From an uncultured bacterium (GTDB lineage: Bacteria > Babelota > Babeliae > Babelales > Vermiphilaceae), in the NCBI GenBank assembly GCA_963713925.1, contig OY970212.1, positions 832,001 to 896,000 on the forward strand: a DNA stretch of 64,000 bases, given 5' to 3'. Below, one piece after another: positions 38,030-48,850 of this stretch. The notes under the pieces were generated by a model. The model worked only from the letters and a program-made list of their open reading frames with translations. It was not told where the DNA came from and made no database searches. A program made the position numbers and the translations under genes. Each line of letters begins with the position of its first letter. Position 1 is the stretch's first letter.

Positions 38030-39457
38030 TTACAGTTTTTTATTTTCCTGAATATATTTTATAAACAACTGAATACGCGTCACTGACTCAGGAATCCCAA
38101 GGATTGCGATCAACTCAGCAACACCCGGTCCTCCGGTTTTATGCGCGAGAGCAATTCGCAATGGTTGCCCAATTTGAGGCATAGTCAATTTGTGTGAATC
38201 TTGCACCTTTTTGAGCGTGGCTGTCACTGTTTCCAAAGATGCATCTGAACTTAATGTTGATAACTCATCAACCACTGCGCGCAAATGATCGATCGTCTTT
38301 TCTTTAATCCACGCACTGATATCAGTTATTGCATACGGAGTAGTGCCTTCATACAACGATTTGATTTCATCAGCAATTTCAATCAATGTCTTTGCACGAC
38401 CTTTGTACAAACCGATCAAATCAAGAACTTGCTTTTTGTCCCATTTTGACAATTCAGCTTCAAAACGAGGACGAATGGAAAGAATCTGCTCGAGCAATTT
38501 TTTATTATCTTCATTTTTTAAATACATACTATTCACCCATGACAGTTTCGCCATATCAAAAATGGCTCCTTTTTTACCTACCGCATCAAGAGAAAAGTAC
38601 TTAAATAATTCCGTGCGAGTAAAGAGTTCTTGATCACCATGTGCCCAACCGAGCCGCACGAGATAGTTGACAAGCGCGTCGGGAAGATATCCCGTCGCAT
38701 GATAATCCATCACTGATGTTGCGGCATCACGCTTTGAAAGTGGTTGTCCACTTGGGCCCAGAATGAGCGGCAAATGCGCAAATTGAGGGATTTTATTTCC
38801 ACATGCTTCATGCAACAAAATTTGCTTTGGCGTGTTGGGAATATGGTCTTCACCGCGAATGACGTGACTGATTCTCATTGCCGCGTCATCGACAACAACC
38901 ACAAAATTGTACACCGGTCGACCGTCTGTGCGAGCAATAATAAAATCATCAAATTGATCCATCGCAAAGGTGATATCGCCACGAATCAAATCGTGAAAAC
39001 TGACTGATGGTTTGTCTGGAAGTGCAAAGCGCACCACAAATGGTTTGTCTTGGGGAAGCGCTGATCTGCAATACCCATCATATTTTGCAAATTCAGGATC
39101 TAGCTTTGGATCTGCGGCAACGCGAGCTGCCACTTCCTGCGGCGTGCAGTAGCAGCGATATGCTTTCTTTTGTTCAATCAATCGATTAATGACTGTTTCA
39201 TGCTCCGGATAGCGCTCGGATTGGATGACCATTGACTCATCCGGCTCAATTTTTGTCCACGCAAGCGCTTTTAAAATGGCTTGTGTATATTCATCCTTTG
39301 ATCGCTCAAGGTCGGTGTCTTCAAGCCGAAGCAAAAATGTTCCGTTATTATGTCGCGCAAAGAGAAGATTGAAAAGAGCAGTGCGTAGACCCCCGATGTG
39401 AAGGTGGCCTGTCGGAGATGGCGCAAATCTGACGCGCACCGGTGTGTTATTGTTCAT
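38030..39457 (-). CDS. gltX: Glutamyl-tRNA synthetase
   Basis: RFAPSPTGHLHIGG, IRGEDH, LSKR. Confidence 0.96.
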   Translation of the reverse strand: MNNNTPVRVRFAPSPTGHLHIGGLRTALFNLLFARHNNGTFLLRLEDTDLERSKDEYTQAILKALAWTKIEPDESMVIQSERYPEHETVINRLIEQKKAYRCYCTPQEVAARVAADPKLDPEFAKYDGYCRSALPQDKPFVVRFALPDKPSVSFHDLIRGDITFAMDQFDDFIIARTDGRPVYNFVVVVDDAAMRISHVIRGEDHIPNTPKQILLHEACGNKIPQFAHLPLILGPSGQPLSKRDAATSVMDYHATGYLPDALVNYLVRLGWAHGDQELFTRTELFKYFSLDAVGKKGAIFDMAKLSWVNSMYLKNEDNKKLLEQILSIRPRFEAELSKWDKKQVLDLIGLYKGRAKTLIEIADEIKSLYEGTTPYAITDISAWIKEKTIDHLRAVVDELSTLSSDASLETVTATLKKVQDSHKLTMPQIGQPLRIALAHKTGGPGVAELIAILGIPESVTRIQLFIKYIQENKKL

Positions 39458-39489
39458 TTGTTACCTAACGTAAAATCAAATTTTTAGGT

Positions 39490-39642
39490 TTAGCCGTTTT
39501 ACCCACGCTTGTGCGTGGGGCCCGTTCGTATGGTTCGACTACATTACATTTCGCTCACCACGAACGGATACTTTGCTTGTCCTGATACTCTTTTTTTCCG
39601 TTCGTGGTGAGCGCAGCAAAGCGCAGTCGAACCATACGAACG
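39490..39642. repeat. Inverted pair of CGTTCGTGGTGAGCG elements plus TTTTACCC..GGGGCCC hairpin
   Basis: 39522-39567 and 39598-39642 are inverted; hairpin at 39497-39523. Confidence 0.85.
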
Positions 39643-39696
39643 TTAAAAGCCAGCAGAATAGACAGAGCTGCTATGTTTAACACTTTTGTTTACATT

Positions 39697-40365
39697 CTAA
39701 ACGTTTGCAAGTTTTGCTTGCGCGCGTTGTGCCCAAATTGATGCACCTTCTTTATCAAGCGGCATTTTTGCCAATTCTGCCCACGCCTCACGCGCTGTTG
39801 TCACATCATGATTTACCCAATAATAGAGCCCAAGATAATATTGAGCTTCATCATTGTTGATGTTCGAGCGATCATGGGCAAGCGATTCAAGCAATTGCAA
39901 CCCACGCACTTTTTGTTCGCCAGAGCCATCCATAAGCATGAGCGCTTGTTTTGTTTTATAGATATTTTTCAATGTATTTGATGACGACATACTTGCAACT
40001 GATTGCTCCATCGCTTGTAATGCTTTTTCATGGTCACCAAGCGCAACATATGCGTCAGCTTGAAGCATATATAAGTGTGTCGCTGCAGACGAATTGCTGT
40101 ATCCCGAAAGTGCTAAGTTTACCGCGTCAACAACACGCTGCCATTGTGGTGCTTTTTCTTGCTGCTCTTTTTGAACAAGTTCAATCGTTTCTTGCAATAC
40201 TTTTTGCGCGCGTCCGTTCACCCCACTTTGATACCAACGATAGCCAAAGAACCCTCCGACGATTGCAAGTACAGTGAGTGTTGCGAGTGCAAATATGGGC
40301 ATATTTTTCTTGAGAATGTATAACAATATGGGTGTTTCGTTGCGTTGTTGATTGTAAAAATTCAT
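39697..40365 (-). CDS. Membrane-anchored TPR protein (YfgM-like)
   Basis: N-terminal TM ending GYRWY, followed by TPR-like helices. Confidence 0.65.
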   Translation of the reverse strand: MNFYNQQRNETPILLYILKKNMPIFALATLTVLAIVGGFFGYRWYQSGVNGRAQKVLQETIELVQKEQQEKAPQWQRVVDAVNLALSGYSNSSAATHLYMLQADAYVALGDHEKALQAMEQSVASMSSSNTLKNIYKTKQALMLMDGSGEQKVRGLQLLESLAHDRSNINNDEAQYYLGLYYWVNHDVTTAREAWAELAKMPLDKEGASIWAQRAQAKLANV

Positions 40366-40631
40366 TATAATAACCTTTAAAAAAGAGAACAGAGTCTTAT
40401 TTTCTTATTCAAACTCCATTATACCCAGTTTGGGGAGTGATTCAAATTTATTTTGGTCCCCGTTGCGCAGGGGGAAGCGGCAAAAGGCATCGCCTATCCA
40501 CGCATCTTACCCAAGTTACGTTTTCACTACACTTGGGACCCAACTTCAGCTTGGCAAAACCAAGATCGGCAAATACGTTGCCCGAACTTATCTCATAATT
40601 TTTATTTTTCTTCATATCATCGCTTCTCGCT

Positions 40632-41036
40632 TTACCACCGGACTTTAGCGCCTAACTCATTTTCGACAACTTTTGCAATTGCAGCTTTTGCTTGGGCAAG
40701 GTTAATAGAAGAACGCTCTATGTCGATGCAGATGGTATATTCATATGGGATACAGGGAATACCTGTGCACAATTTTCTTACAGTAATACGGTGAAATTCG
40801 GGATAATCATTGCGAGCCAAAACTCTATCAATCTCAGCAGCTATTGCATACACCATCGATACATCCAAAGGTATTTTTATCTCATAAGAAAGAACGTTCC
40901 TCATAGGATCTTTTCCCGTCTCAATCATGAATGAAAGCCCTATTTTACAATCAACTGTTTCGCGACCGTCGTACCCAAAAGATTCTGACACCGTGCACAA
41001 GAAGATGCTCAATAGTAAGAATTGTATGTTTTTCAT
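40632..41036 (-). CDS. Hypothetical secreted protein
   Basis: GAGGA RBS, signal peptide. Confidence 0.65.
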   Translation of the reverse strand: MKNIQFLLLSIFLCTVSESFGYDGRETVDCKIGLSFMIETGKDPMRNVLSYEIKIPLDVSMVYAIAAEIDRVLARNDYPEFHRITVRKLCTGIPCIPYEYTICIDIERSSINLAQAKAAIAKVVENELGAKVRW

Positions 41037-41157
41037 GTTCGGTTCCTCATTGTATGGTTTTTGCGATTGTCATTATATCACCCAGCACACTCTTCTACAA
41101 ACATATGGCTATCTCATAAAAGAAGGCCCGAAATTAATCGAGCCTTCTTTTATATTA

Positions 41158-41392
41158 GAGGTTATCCGAAAATCGTGGAAGTTTCTTAGCGCTACGTCAT
41201 CCTGAATTTATTTCAGGATCTATTTAACCTGGATCCAGCCTCTACTTATCCAGGCCTTCCGGCTTGGCAAGTTACGGCCGTGTGCGGCGTAGCCTTTGGC
41301 CAAGACGTACGGACAAGTTGCTGAAACAAGTTCAGCATGACAACCAACTTTTTAGACTTTTTAGTTATAAAGCTTAATTTTCGGATAAGCTC
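41158..41392. mobile_element. MITE copy 1 (non-autonomous, ~235 bp)
   Basis: TIRs GAGGTTATCCGAAAA / TTTTCGGATAAGCTC flanked by TTA on both sides; near-identical to 53937-54174. Confidence 0.8.
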
Positions 41393-41572
41393 TTATTCGT
41401 GAGGCCATATGAAAAAAACAATCAAATGCATAAAAATTGATACAAAGATTCCAAAAAGAGAATTGTGGTTAATTGACCCTGAAAATAAGCATCTTGTCGA
41501 TGAATTAAAGAAAGCTTTAAAACAAAAAGCTGATAGATCAATCGAATTAAGCTCTTTTGAAGAGAGATAATA

Positions 41573-42616
41573 TCAAATCTGATTTTCTTGAATGGTTGTT
41601 GATTGACCCATGACCGTCTGAATAGGAAGCAATTGCATGAGTTGTTCATTAAATGATGACATCACCTTGTTTTTAACCGTTGCATCGGCAAACAAAATTG
41701 CCTGTTCAATAGCTCGTTCATTGGATGATCCATGAGCAAAAATAACGGGAGCTTTGACGCCCAAAAGCAATGCACCGCCCCACTTGGAATAATCGAGTTC
41801 TGCTTTGACGCGGCCGAATATTGATGAGCCGATAGCAAGATAGATTTTTGAGAGCATACTATATCCTGCTTGTTTTTTGATCATTGCCGTCACAAGGTTT
41901 GCCGCACCCTGCATGGTCTTGAGCATGATATTGCCGACAAAGCCATCGGAGACAACAACATCAACATCTGCAGTGAAAATATCACGCGGCTCGATGTTGC
42001 CAATGAAATTGAGCGAACTTTTCTCAAGAAGATCATATGCTTTTTTAACGGCGATCGAGCCTTTATATGGCTCATGTCCATTGGAAAGGAGTGCGACTTT
42101 TGGATTCTCAATGCTTTTTGTGACCGTAACATAGGCTGCGCCCATAGCCGCAAATTGTTCAAGATATTCAGGCTTACAATCAGTGTTGCCGCCCAAATCA
42201 AGGCAAAAGACTGATCCCTTGAGCGTGGGGATATAGGAACCGATGGCCGGTCGCAAGACGCCATCAACCCTGCCCAAATGCAATGTCGAGGCAACTAACA
42301 ATGCCCCTGAATTACCGGCAGAGACAACTGCTTCTGCCTCGCCGATTTTGACCGACAAGAGAGATTGTATTAAAGAAGAATTTTTTTTTGAGACAACAGT
42401 ACGGGATGGCTCATCGGCCATCCCGATAGTTTCTGTGCAATGAATAATCGATAGAGGTAATAATCGCCAGGCTGGATCGAGCTGCGCAAGCTCATATTCA
42501 ATCGTCGGCTGATTGCCAAAAAGAGCTATAGTAACTCCTTGGCGAGCAGCTCTGATAGCTCCTGCAACAGTCGCGCGCGGAGCAAAGTCTCCGCCCATTG
42601 CATCAACAGCTATCAT
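41573..42616 (-). CDS. plsX: Phosphate acyltransferase PlsX
   Basis: IAVDAMGGDFAP, SAGNSGA, DGFVGN, GGALLLG, HGSS. Confidence 0.95.
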   Translation of the reverse strand: MIAVDAMGGDFAPRATVAGAIRAARQGVTIALFGNQPTIEYELAQLDPAWRLLPLSIIHCTETIGMADEPSRTVVSKKNSSLIQSLLSVKIGEAEAVVSAGNSGALLVASTLHLGRVDGVLRPAIGSYIPTLKGSVFCLDLGGNTDCKPEYLEQFAAMGAAYVTVTKSIENPKVALLSNGHEPYKGSIAVKKAYDLLEKSSLNFIGNIEPRDIFTADVDVVVSDGFVGNIMLKTMQGAANLVTAMIKKQAGYSMLSKIYLAIGSSIFGRVKAELDYSKWGGALLLGVKAPVIFAHGSSNERAIEQAILFADATVKNKVMSSFNEQLMQLLPIQTVMGQSTTIQENQI

Positions 42617-42642
42617 GGCTCATACCTCACATTAAAAAGAAA

Positions 42643-42912
42643 TTACTTTTCCGATTCAGCTGCTTCTTGAGGAGCGCGAGCTGCACGTGATGCCGCTTGT
42701 GCCTTACGAACTTCCATACGTTTACCGGCACGTTCAGCCTTTGGTGTCAAAACCTTAACGCCCTTGTAGTATCCGCATGATTTGCACGCTGTATGGGTTG
42801 AAATTGGCTCTTGGCATTGTTTGCAAGCAGCAATAGCTTTTGGCTTGATAAATTTATTTGCAAAGCGAGAATCTCTGCGCGCCCGGGAGCGCTTACGTTT
42901 TGGTACTGGCAT
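42643..42912 (-). CDS. rpmF: 50S ribosomal protein L32 with C-terminal extension
   Basis: MPVPKRKRS...CKQC...HTACKSCGYYKG. Confidence 0.93.
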   Translation of the reverse strand: MPVPKRKRSRARRDSRFANKFIKPKAIAACKQCQEPISTHTACKSCGYYKGVKVLTPKAERAGKRMEVRKAQAASRAARAPQEAAESEK

Positions 42913-43008
42913 ATGAAATCCTTAGAAAACACTATTTTTTCTGAAAATTTTTAGATATAGCTAGAATAGCCTAGTTTGCGCAAAAAATCAAAAATATATC
43001 CCTGATTT

Positions 43009-43632
43009 TTAAGCGCCAATAGACGATAGATCCGGATTCAAAGAGCGCACAACATCAATAAGCGCATATATTCTGGCCTTATAATCCGGCACTGCTACTG
43101 ATTTATTGAGCAGTAAAAACTCCTTTAATTCAAAAAATTCAAGGCCTTCCGGAAGTTTTAAACCTGGAAAACAATAGTCTAACCATTCTTGAACTTCGTC
43201 TTTAATAAGTTTTGCTTTTGTTTCTTTAGAAAAATCGGTCTTATTGGTAATAAAATCGATTTTTGTATAAAGACTCATTATTTTTTGCAAGAATTGCAAT
43301 TTAAATGATGTTACCTCAGAAGCTGTAAGCATTCTATTAACCTGATCTTGTTCCGTATCATGCTGAATGTCTTCAAGCATTTCAATACCCGGGCTATCTT
43401 GATCAAAGCCCATGTTAAGTAACGCTGTAATCAAATCTGCCACACTCGGTATCTCCGATTGAGAAACCAGGTCTGCAACAAGGCTTAGAAAGTCATTATT
43501 CAGTTGATCTGCCGCATTTGGATCATACGAACAACCGGAAAGCTCCGACGGGGCTGCCGGTTGTTCATCACGATCGGCGCACGTCGCCGTTATAAAGCTG
43601 AGAGAAAGAAGGCAAAACAGTAGTTTCTTCAT
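43009..43632 (-). CDS. Hypothetical secreted helical protein
   Basis: AAGGAG RBS, signal peptide. Confidence 0.7.
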   Translation of the reverse strand: MKKLLFCLLSLSFITATCADRDEQPAAPSELSGCSYDPNAADQLNNDFLSLVADLVSQSEIPSVADLITALLNMGFDQDSPGIEMLEDIQHDTEQDQVNRMLTASEVTSFKLQFLQKIMSLYTKIDFITNKTDFSKETKAKLIKDEVQEWLDYCFPGLKLPEGLEFFELKEFLLLNKSVAVPDYKARIYALIDVVRSLNPDLSSIGA

Positions 43633-43674
43633 GGAAAGCTCCTTACATAATGGTGATTCTTAGGTTTAGTATAT

Positions 43675-45093
43675 TCAAAAAATCACCACTATTCTACCCG
43701 TATAAGCAGCCATATTATTAATAGCTTTTGTCAGACCAGGGTTAGGAATATAGCTAAGCGCAGAGATAAAGTAGACCGTTTTACCTAAATGCATTTGATA
43801 ATAGGCTTGAAGCATTGTCTCATTACGACGTGGGAAAATACAGGTGTTTAATCGAGACGAGGCAACGCCGCAACCGAAAGAATCTTGGGGTCGGCGAGGC
43901 ACAAGTCCAAAAAAGGTAAGCGCCGCTCCGCCATACAAATCAACTGGACGCGTGCGCGAATTATTCATACCAAACTGAAACAATCCCACAATTCCTGAAC
44001 TATCAACTCCTGGATTGGCAAACCAGAGGCGCTGTGTGCCAAACAGATACCAACCTAAAGCACCGCATTCACTGATCTCCATCTTCGTTACACTCTGGCT
44101 AGGCGGAATAATGAGCCGTCCTGTTTGTGCCCATGCTCCAATTCCCAGGCAACCCGGTTTTGCGTCCGCCCCCACATGCCACATGCCTCCTCCCTCAAGC
44201 ATGCTAAGGCTATAGGTCCCTCGCTTTGGGCTTGGAGTTAGCGTTGTATCGAATGTATGCGCATAGCTTCCATCATATTCTCCAAAAATAACATACGTTT
44301 GATCAGTAGGAAAATAAGCACAATTGGCTCCATATATGGAATTAAAGATCCCTGGAACAATACCAAACATAGTCGCATTTAAAAATATAGGCCGATACAA
44401 AAGTCCGCTTTGGGCCATTTGAGACGTCGGATCATGGCGTAAGGCAAGCGGGTAAATGACGTTATTAAAATCTGACGCGGTGACTGTTTTGCCAACGCGC
44501 ATAATAGCTTTTTTACCAAAAATTTGTCGATACCAGAGCTGAAACAAGCGGGTGGCATGCTCAGGAACACCCGGCAAGTTATCAAACCCCTGCACAACAC
44601 CTGCTAGCGCATTTGTTGGCTGACTATCACCACGCAACATTTGCACCGAAAATGCGGCGCCGGGAATATGCAACCAAGTATTTAGATCGACTCCGAGCCC
44701 CAAAATAAATAAGTTGTTTCCCGTCCATTTGTGACACTGCTTTGAAAAGTCTGGCGAGCTGGGAGGCAGAAGCATGGGGCCCCGTTTGAAGAGCACGCTC
44801 GTATCGGGAATCCAGAGACCGCCAATTAAAAGACCGCTCGATCGCTCTAATCCAAGCCATTCAAATAGTTTTCCTACTGGAAAAACCCGATTGGGAATTG
44901 CCGGGTTAGAACTGATGGCCCCTTTTGCAAAATCGTGATGTTCCAAACTATTTGAGTGAAAAGAATTTCCAAAGCCATTCTTTTTTTTCTGCACTTGTTC
45001 GAATAACTCTTGCTCATCTGTTTGAGAATGAAGTGCGGCAAAATCGAATAACACCATACAAGATATAAAACTAAAAATAATACGCATACTCAT
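43675..45093 (-). CDS. OprB-family carbohydrate-selective porin
   Basis: RLFQLWYRQ, RVGK, RPQDSFGCG, ETMLQAYY, YIPNPG, terminal Phe. Confidence 0.8.
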   Translation of the reverse strand: MSMRIIFSFISCMVLFDFAALHSQTDEQELFEQVQKKKNGFGNSFHSNSLEHHDFAKGAISSNPAIPNRVFPVGKLFEWLGLERSSGLLIGGLWIPDTSVLFKRGPMLLPPSSPDFSKQCHKWTGNNLFILGLGVDLNTWLHIPGAAFSVQMLRGDSQPTNALAGVVQGFDNLPGVPEHATRLFQLWYRQIFGKKAIMRVGKTVTASDFNNVIYPLALRHDPTSQMAQSGLLYRPIFLNATMFGIVPGIFNSIYGANCAYFPTDQTYVIFGEYDGSYAHTFDTTLTPSPKRGTYSLSMLEGGGMWHVGADAKPGCLGIGAWAQTGRLIIPPSQSVTKMEISECGALGWYLFGTQRLWFANPGVDSSGIVGLFQFGMNNSRTRPVDLYGGAALTFFGLVPRRPQDSFGCGVASSRLNTCIFPRRNETMLQAYYQMHLGKTVYFISALSYIPNPGLTKAINNMAAYTGRIVVIF

Positions 45094-45249
45094 CCCATTA
45101 TCTATAAATATCTCTTTGATTCTGCATACACTCGAGACCTTAAGTAAAGAGTTATCCTGAAAACAGGTTTATTGAATTATTGCAATTAGAACTTGATATT
45201 TTGTATACTGAAAGGTAGTAGTAAATACTTACGCATATGGAGGGTTATT

Positions 45250-45822
45250 ATGAAAAATACTATTTTACGCGCATTCGCGCTTGCATTCATTTTTGGTCAA
45301 ACTTACAGAGTAGTTGCTGAAATAGGACAAGCTCCAATCACCGACAAGGACTTTTCCATGGAGGAAGAGATCCGTAGCGCTCCAATTCCGGCACCTCTTT
45401 TTGACGTAAAAAAAGAAACAATTACGGAACTTGAGCCTGTTGATTTAAAAGTTCCTCTCAAAGAAGAAACGACTGTCAGCCAAACTATTTCTTTTCCAGC
45501 GAAACAAGCTGAAACACCGGCAACTCCATCTACTCCTGTTGAAGATGAAGATCTTGGCTTAGATATTCTTTTTGCAGAAGAAGAACCAAAAATTGTTGAA
45601 CCTGATACATCCAAAGCTCCGATTCCCGCACCATTGACTCCGATGTCTCCAGTGTTGACAAAATGGGCAACACCCGAAGAAACCGCTGCTATGAATAAAA
45701 AACCTGAACCCATGTCAATCGAAGGAACAAACTGGGCACCCGGCGAAAAACAAAAATATCTTGATTTCCTCGAGATGAATAAGATTACACCGGAACAAAA
45801 TCCGGGTTCAATGACTAAATAA
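45250..45822 (+). CDS. Secreted Pro/Glu/Thr-rich low-complexity protein
   Basis: GGAGGG RBS, signal peptide, repeated APIPAPL. Confidence 0.7.
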   Translation: MKNTILRAFALAFIFGQTYRVVAEIGQAPITDKDFSMEEEIRSAPIPAPLFDVKKETITELEPVDLKVPLKEETTVSQTISFPAKQAETPATPSTPVEDEDLGLDILFAEEEPKIVEPDTSKAPIPAPLTPMSPVLTKWATPEETAAMNKKPEPMSIEGTNWAPGEKQKYLDFLEMNKITPEQNPGSMTK

Positions 45823-45840
45823 AATCCTATTGGAAGTTGA

Positions 45841-45884
45841 AGAAATGGTAGATGAAGCGCAAGTTGGCTTCATCTACCATTTCT
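45841..45884. terminator. Bidirectional hairpin
   Basis: AGAAATGGTAGATGAAGC...GCTTCATCTACCATTTCT perfect inverted repeat. Confidence 0.75.
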
Positions 45885-45891
45885 GATTTTC

Positions 45892-47637
45892 TCATTTCAC
45901 GTGTAGTATCTTTTTCAAGTTATCCGGCAGACACGCAAGCAGTGCTTTGACGTTTTGATCCGCAGGATTGTATTGTCTATCTTTTTCAAGAATTTTACAC
46001 GCTGCACACAATGCCAGCGACGTCCGCAGACCTTTGTAACTGCCATCCAAAAATTGCATGATCCAGCTCACATCAAGTTTTTTAACAGAACCTGAATCTT
46101 TGTAACATATACAGAGTCCGTCATCCCCGAGCCAATACGCTGTTTGGAACTTGGCGGAAAAAGGAGAGCTATTCGGGCTGTATGACCAATACAATTCGTA
46201 TGGATCATTATTTTTCTGTGTTTTCCAAACCTTTATCATTCGCTCATGAGCTGTCATTACTGTCATTTTGTCAGTCGGATGTGGGACGATTTTTACGCAA
46301 TCAGAACCTATATTTTGTGTAAAATCAACAATTTCTTTTTTGTTATCATAACTGATGAGCTCTCCCGATCTACGTAAAAACAATATTTTTTTTGTGTCGA
46401 TAATCGGACGTATGCCAACAGCCGGTTCATCCAACCGAATGCCAAAAGGTAGTTTTTTACACCCTTGGGCTAATGGTTGTTTGTTTCTGATATTGTCAAG
46501 ACAAAACTGATAAAAATCGCCGTCAAAACATCCAATATATAGTAGATTCTGACCCCTCGTTTTGCAGCCGCATATCACGCTCACTTCTGCAGGAAGACCA
46601 GTGTTATCAGCCTGTCGAGCTCCCCGATGCTCCGAGTGAAAATCGTAAACGGACAACTGACCCTTCCCGACCGTGATAACATATTCTCCCGGAATCACCT
46701 CAATCTTGACGGGCCGTAACAAATCTCGATAGCACGTTATTTCAGGATTCATTTGTCGAGTTTTTCCATCATAATACGTTATTTTTACTTCTTGCTCTTC
46801 GGTATCACACGTTGCGATGGTGCTTATTTTTGTTGTCGGGTCAGTAACAACGGCTAAAGCATCGACACATTTTGTAAAAAAACAGGATGGAATTTTTTCT
46901 TTATCAAGATTTGGCGTCCTCAAAATTCGAAAATAATTAGTTACTCCAACAGGATCACCAACAACGAGCAATGCATCGTCAGCCAAAGATCTCAACAATA
47001 TTTTTGTCGAATCACTGATCGATGTCTCATGGGAAATCTCCAGATCAACCCTCTGCGATAATTCTTTTCCAAAATAAAATGACATTCCCTGCGCTACCAA
47101 ACGAGTAATATCTGAATCAGTTCCGACAATGTCCTCTATTTTTTCATTGTGTAAACAATGTTGGTTGAGCAATTCTTCAGCAGCCGATTTAGTCGTTAAA
47201 ATATGGATACAATCGTCCAAAACATCTAACGTTGCCATTTTATTCGCGTCTGCGGCGCATGCATAGATTTCGCTCAAACCAAAGCTTTTGAGAAAATCAA
47301 TATACGTGTCGAAATCTAAAATTTTTCTATCGAACAAATACCTCGCTTGCAATGCTTTATACAAAACAAAAAAGCGCTCTTCCTTTTCAATAAGAAGATC
47401 TGTTGCTTCCCCGGAAAAATCATTTTGTTGTTTTAAAAGAGAATATTTACTCAAAACATCCTGCGGCAAACAAGGATATCTTCTTCCATTAATAGCTAAT
47501 GAACGCGGCACCTCAATTTCGTCTCCATTCAATAATGTGTATCGTTTTTTACCCGTATCTAGCTGTCCATCAGGGAGATCTGCCGCACTCGCCAAACTAT
47601 ATACCAAGAGAAAAATTACACACTTCATTACCATCAT
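45892..47637 (-). CDS. Secreted protein with a possible BTB/Skp1-like N-domain and WD40-like propeller
   Basis: Signal peptide; helical N-domain; WD-like segments (GQLSVYD, IVPHPTD..VMTA...IKVWK). Confidence 0.6.
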   Translation of the reverse strand: MMVMKCVIFLLVYSLASAADLPDGQLDTGKKRYTLLNGDEIEVPRSLAINGRRYPCLPQDVLSKYSLLKQQNDFSGEATDLLIEKEERFFVLYKALQARYLFDRKILDFDTYIDFLKSFGLSEIYACAADANKMATLDVLDDCIHILTTKSAAEELLNQHCLHNEKIEDIVGTDSDITRLVAQGMSFYFGKELSQRVDLEISHETSISDSTKILLRSLADDALLVVGDPVGVTNYFRILRTPNLDKEKIPSCFFTKCVDALAVVTDPTTKISTIATCDTEEQEVKITYYDGKTRQMNPEITCYRDLLRPVKIEVIPGEYVITVGKGQLSVYDFHSEHRGARQADNTGLPAEVSVICGCKTRGQNLLYIGCFDGDFYQFCLDNIRNKQPLAQGCKKLPFGIRLDEPAVGIRPIIDTKKILFLRRSGELISYDNKKEIVDFTQNIGSDCVKIVPHPTDKMTVMTAHERMIKVWKTQKNNDPYELYWSYSPNSSPFSAKFQTAYWLGDDGLCICYKDSGSVKKLDVSWIMQFLDGSYKGLRTSLALCAACKILEKDRQYNPADQNVKALLACLPDNLKKILHVK

Positions 47638-47649
47638 TCAATCAACCCG

Positions 47650-48762
47650 TTAAGACAAACACCATAATCCGGCACCATTTTGCATTACTTTACCTTCAAG
47701 CATAAGTGAAAATAAAGAATCGTGAAGTTGGCCTATTTCAAGGCCAAGCTGTTGTGCTATTTCATCGATAGTTGTCGGACGCTGACATGCTTTTATAATG
47801 CGATACTCAACAGAATCATCGCTTCCTCGCTCGGGCGCAACGGATTCTTTCTTAACAAAAGAGGCTTCATGCTTATATTCACACCCAATTGCTTCGATCA
47901 CAGTTTGAGCCGTAGTTGCTATATGTGCACCTTGCGCGATCAAATTGTGACACCCCGCACTCAGCGGCTCATCAATCAGGCCCGGCACAGCGCATACTTC
48001 TCTTCCTTGATTGAGTGCAAAATGCGCAGTAATGAGCGCTCCACTTTTTTCTGCCGCTTGCACGACAAGCGTGCCCAAAGAGAGGCCAGCAATAATGCGA
48101 TTGCGCGCAGGAAAAAGTCCGGCAGCCGGTTGTGTGTCAATCGGAAAACAACTGAGCAGTATTCCATTGTTATTCAAAATTTTTTCAAACAATTTCTTGT
48201 TTGCTGCAGGATAGCGATACGCAAGGCCCGAGCCAAATACTGCAATGGTCTGCGCTCCATGTTCAAGTGCCGCTGCGTGAGCAAAGGCGTCAACCCCGCG
48301 CGCTCCGCCACTCACAATGCTCAATCCCGTGGCTGCAAAATCGGGCATGAAAGAATTGATTACTCGATTGGCGTATGATGTCGCATCTCGTGAACCAACA
48401 ATAGCTAGACTTTTTGAAACCAATTCAATCGGCGCACCAAGCGCATACAAAATTGTGGGTGGCAAATGAATGTGAGAAAGCATTTGCGGATATTCAGGGT
48501 CAAGAATGGTATACCAACGTGCACCAATGCGTTCGATGCGCTTTAATTCGGCAGTCAATAGATCGAGTTGTGACAGCCCTTCTACTAATTTCTGAGACGT
48601 TTGCTCAGAAATAAAACACTGATTTTGTATATCATAAGCTGACATTCCATACAAATCGCCCAGTGAAAATGCCTCAGATTTTTTGCTGATGATCGCTGAG
48701 ATTGTCCCCGGACCAATACCCTCAATTAATGATAGATGCAATAATGTTTGACGCTCAAGCAT
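47650..48762 (-). CDS. dprA: DNA-protecting protein DprA
   Basis: AIVGSR, VSGGARGVD, FPARNRIIAG, SGALITA, GCHNLI. Confidence 0.95.
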   Translation of the reverse strand: MLERQTLLHLSLIEGIGPGTISAIISKKSEAFSLGDLYGMSAYDIQNQCFISEQTSQKLVEGLSQLDLLTAELKRIERIGARWYTILDPEYPQMLSHIHLPPTILYALGAPIELVSKSLAIVGSRDATSYANRVINSFMPDFAATGLSIVSGGARGVDAFAHAAALEHGAQTIAVFGSGLAYRYPAANKKLFEKILNNNGILLSCFPIDTQPAAGLFPARNRIIAGLSLGTLVVQAAEKSGALITAHFALNQGREVCAVPGLIDEPLSAGCHNLIAQGAHIATTAQTVIEAIGCEYKHEASFVKKESVAPERGSDDSVEYRIIKACQRPTTIDEIAQQLGLEIGQLHDSLFSLMLEGKVMQNGAGLWCLS

Positions 48763-48850
48763 CGTTTTCCCCCCCTGATGTAAAAAATACCTTGAATTAG
48801 GTTCCATTGAGTTTTTGAAATTGTAAAAATGACTCCACTCCGTTCGTTAC

